From Vicugna vicugna (lineage: Eukaryota), in contig MU058456.1 of the NCBI GenBank assembly GCA_013265495.1, forward strand, positions 186,001 to 250,000: a stretch of DNA of 64,000 nucleotides, read 5' to 3'. Shown piece by piece: positions 60,561 to 64,000 of this stretch (its first letter is position 1; the number at the start of each line of letters is the position of its first letter). A model generated the notes under the pieces. That model had not been told where the DNA came from, searched no databases, and saw nothing but the letters and a program-made list of their open reading frames with translations. The position numbers were made by a program, and so were the translations under genes.

Positions 60561-63239
60561 TCAGTTTAGTTCTCTGTGAAGTGAAGTGGGCTGATGAGCT
60601 CTGAGGTTCCTTCGACTCTGAAAACCTTTGGTTCTTTTCATGTGCATTGTCTCACTTCTATTTTGCGAACAGACAGGGCTTAGAAGAAAACTAGTGATGA
60701 AATTGGAATAGCTGTGTTTCTGTGTAGCTGACAAGGTAATGGACATAACCTAAGGGATGTCTTAGCCAGTTAGATTACAGCACTTAACTCCGCTTGCCTC
60801 TGGCAGTAGGATTTAGAGAAGCTCCAGGGGTGACCACCATGGCGTGTTTTCATCAGCATGGTTACTGTGTGTACACAACATTCTTGACTTGCTGAGCCAT
60901 ACAGACATTTCAGGGTATGAGTTTCTGGAATGTGGACCCAGGCAGTCACTGATGTGAGCCTGATTTGGTGCCTACTTGGCGACAGCGAGGCAGGCGTTTG
61001 AAAGGCTCATGCGGACTTCACCTGGAGCAATCTGCAAATCATTCAGAGCAGTACACAGGCTGTCTTCCAAACGATTTGTATGTAGACCGTGTTAGTTACA
61101 CATGATGGTATTATTGACTATTTTCAGTCTTGGCTTGGGTCATGGAAAAACTGAAGATGAATTAGATCATCACAGTTAATAGCACAAACAATCCTGTAAA
61201 AGAAGGGATCTTCCCTCAAATTAAAATCTTACATCATTCTTCCAGTATGACTATTCTAACCATAGAGTATCTTAACTTTTTTGTCCTTAAAAGTTAACGA
61301 CATTTGCCAGAACTTTATCACATGACCATTGTCAAGTAACCATGAATTACTTTCACTTAGGAAACCTCATTAAACTTACCTATTGGACATGTGGTTTTTG
61401 GCCTGGAACTAAAGACCTGACTGTTCTTCCACTGACTTCACCTCACTGGCATAAGAGGGCACTCAGCACTCATGTGGATGAACAGCCTTAGTCATCCATG
61501 GGAGGTAATAATTATTCCCAAAGGGTTCTTTGAGAGTTGCTTAGAGAACAGGAGAAGGTGCTTGCCACACCTCCAGCAGGGCTCCGGGCCAGCTTCCAGC
61601 GTCCCCTGAAACACCCACAGCCAGCCGGATTATAGCAGCACTGGATTCAGAAGTAAGTGGTTCTCTGGTGTTTGTTGCTCTAGATCTGAATACAGTCTGA
61701 GGCAGAGACCTCCTAGGGAGACTGTTTTGCCTCAGTCTGTACTTTGAGCTCTGATGGAGGGCTGGTAGGAGAAGGAAGGATTGTGGAGAATTGATATCAA
61801 CTTAAGGGCTTTATGCTAATAGCACCGCACAGCCTTTTGCCAAAGGGAACCAAGGAGTGGACTGCAGGCTGCTTTTACCCTTTGTGCCCTTTATGAGGTG
61901 CCCTCTTCAGTTCCTTTTCCCAATATCCAAAGCCACATGTCTCCTAGGGTCTGGAACAGGCGATCTGGATGGGTGCAGTGGAACTAGGACCAGGAGGCAA
62001 AAGACCAAGCTCTACAGACCAGGGTGAGTTTGGCCAAGTCAGTTTGCCTCCCAGAGCATAGATTTCCTCACCTAAAACCCAAGAGGTTGAGGGAAAATGT
62101 CCCTTTCAATCAGAAAATTGTGTCATTTTAGACATGGTAAAGCTTCAGAACCCAAGACCCACTTCCTTATTGATGGATGAAGAAACAGCCCAGTCACTTC
62201 TCCCAACTCCCAAATCTGTGCTCAGAGCCACTCAGCAGTGTAGCCATCATCACTGTGACTCTCTATTGAGCCATCAACACCATGACTCCTTACTGAGCAG
62301 TCTACCGGACTTGGCACATGTGGTCAGGTACCCACTGTCAGCTTGGATGATGCTGGCAACCCAGTCAGTTTCAGGGTTCAGTTTGAAGGTGGACTTTAGA
62401 GCGCTCTGGACAGTTCCTGGCACCTAATTTGCATGCATCCCTTTTGTGCAGTGTGGGTAGAGTGGGTGTGTAAAGGGAAATTAAAAGTTTTTAGAGTTCC
62501 AAGCTCCTTATATACTCGAGGAGAGTAAAGGGTTCAATACTTCAATACTCAATTGGGTTGGGGTGACAGTGGACATAGATACCCTGGGATGCTGGGCACT
62601 GGCCTGTGCCCTGCTCAGAGCACAGCATGGTGGAGATGGAGTTGGAGAGGCGTGAGGCATGAGGCGTGTGACACCAGGTTGGCAATAGAGGGGTGTGCGG
62701 TGGTCCTCAGCATACTTCCTAGTAGTACTCACCTTAAAGGGCTGTAAACCACTTCCTTAAAAGAATCTGGTGACCTCCTCTAGGCAGGGGCACTAGTGTG
62801 AGCTGTCTTCTAGACGTAAGCTGAAAGAATACTTAACTGGCTTACCAGGAGGGAGTTAGAGCTCAGGGACCCAAGGGAGAACTTTTCCAAAGCACTTGCT
62901 CAGAATCCCTCTGGGGTACGGGGGTGTGGAGAGAGAAGGAGAGACAAACAGAAACAGAAACCCATAGACAGTTTGAGAAGACCTTCATAAACAAAGCTTT
63001 CCACCATCGCTTGGTGAGTATGTCCCTTTAAGAGGGAAAGAGGCTAGCTCCCATTGAGGTCTGCACACCAATAAACCACCAATAAACCTAGGAATTTGAA
63101 GATTCCTAATTCTACATGGGGAATTGTGTTCATAGCCAAACCCTTGAATTAAAAGTTGATTTCACCATCTCAGTGGGAGTGGATGGGGTGAGGAGTGAGA
63201 ATGGTACGGGTGTCTAACCTGAACAGATGAGTCATGGAA

Positions 63240-63660
63240 AAGAGCTTAAAGTATCTAGCCCCACCTCCCTTCCACCCCAGAAATCCCTCACATGACAGCT
63301 CAGACAGATGATCATGCAGGTTCTGTTTCAGTCTTTCCATTGAAAGGAAACTTACTCATCCTACCTCTTAGCAGTGATAGACTTGCATATCCCACTGTGG
63401 GACACCTTAATTGTTTAAAAACTTCTAACTTGTGTGAAATTAAGCAAGCCTAACCCTTGCTCATGGTTTTGTTCTCTAGATCTAAACGTTCAGGTGTATT
63501 GACTTTCAACATCTGTCATTCGAATTCTCAGCTGCCACTTTTACCCTCCCCTCGCCAAGTGGCTAACTATTTTCAGTTCATTCAGTTGTTGATCATACAG
63601 AGCACAACTGTAGGCTCCTTCCTGTTTTGCTTGATGTTCTCTGGTTTGTCAGTGTGAGCT
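63240..63660 (-). mobile_element. L3/CR1 fragment
   Basis: cccactgtgggacaccttaattgtttaaaaacttct..cccttgctcatggttttgttctct resembles antisense L3. Confidence 0.45.
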
Positions 63661-64000
63661 ATGTATGGCCCGTCTCCTTCCTACTGTCTGCAATCCAGGA
63701 GGGTCAGAACACCAGGCTTTCCTGTGTGTGGAAGCTGGGAGTCTCTGAGCCTCTCTGAAAGGTTTTCTGGCATTGTCTGGCTTGCTCTGTGCATAGCAAC
63801 TGTCTTTGCCCACGTGGGAATGCTGAGAGCTGGGAAGTTGGATGTTCCCAATAAGTATGGAAAACGTAGGTTGTAAAGACTTGCCTGTTCTCTTTGAGGA
63901 TTTGCCTATCCCCCACATCTCTTCTCATTTTCTCCCAGAGTGTGGTCCCCTAAAGCCCAAGGTTAAAGCACAAAATTAACTTTGGCCCTAAAGAAGAGTG

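Noticed and set aside
60588..60630. Hammerhead-like ctgatgag..gaaa
   Set aside because: Matches a MIR-family tail variant (gatgatctctaaggtcccttcc..ctctgaaa); the required helices are absent.
61471..61500. Small hairpin tggatga/tcatcca as a miRNA
   Set aside because: Only a 7-bp core stem, which is expected by chance.
1..64000. CRISPR array, operon or prokaryotic defence system
   Set aside because: The sequence is mammalian and repeat-rich, with no repeat-spacer array and no long gene-like ORFs.

Overview
This is mammalian genomic DNA, most likely camelid (Camelus, Vicugna or Lama). The evidence is four copies of a tRNA-Ala(AGC)-derived SINE of the Vic-1 type, alongside eutherian-wide repeats (MIR, L2, L3, MER, MLT, LTR16, MER21) and young L1 3' ends. 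It reads as a large intron or intergenic region. I can support no intact host protein-coding gene, genuine tRNA/rRNA gene or CRISPR array; nearly all ORFs in the track are chance or repeat-derived. Two transposon protein fossils are recognisable by motif: a hAT-Charlie transposase C-terminus (~18.86-19.8 kb, minus) and an L2 APE endonuclease remnant (10.1-10.5 kb, minus). The most notable non-standard features are a 771-bp TG..CA element with a perfect 5-bp TSD that I cannot assign to a family, a three-helix GC-rich hairpin (58555-58629), a promoter-like motif cluster with a Kozak-started 24-aa ORF (43.6-44.4 kb), a MEIS/HOX-motif palindrome, a CTCF-like site, and several repeat-free blocks that look like developmental enhancers. 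I found no convincing evidence of a novel biological system. Repeat family names come from remembered consensus sequences, not a database search, and boundaries without TSDs are approximate.
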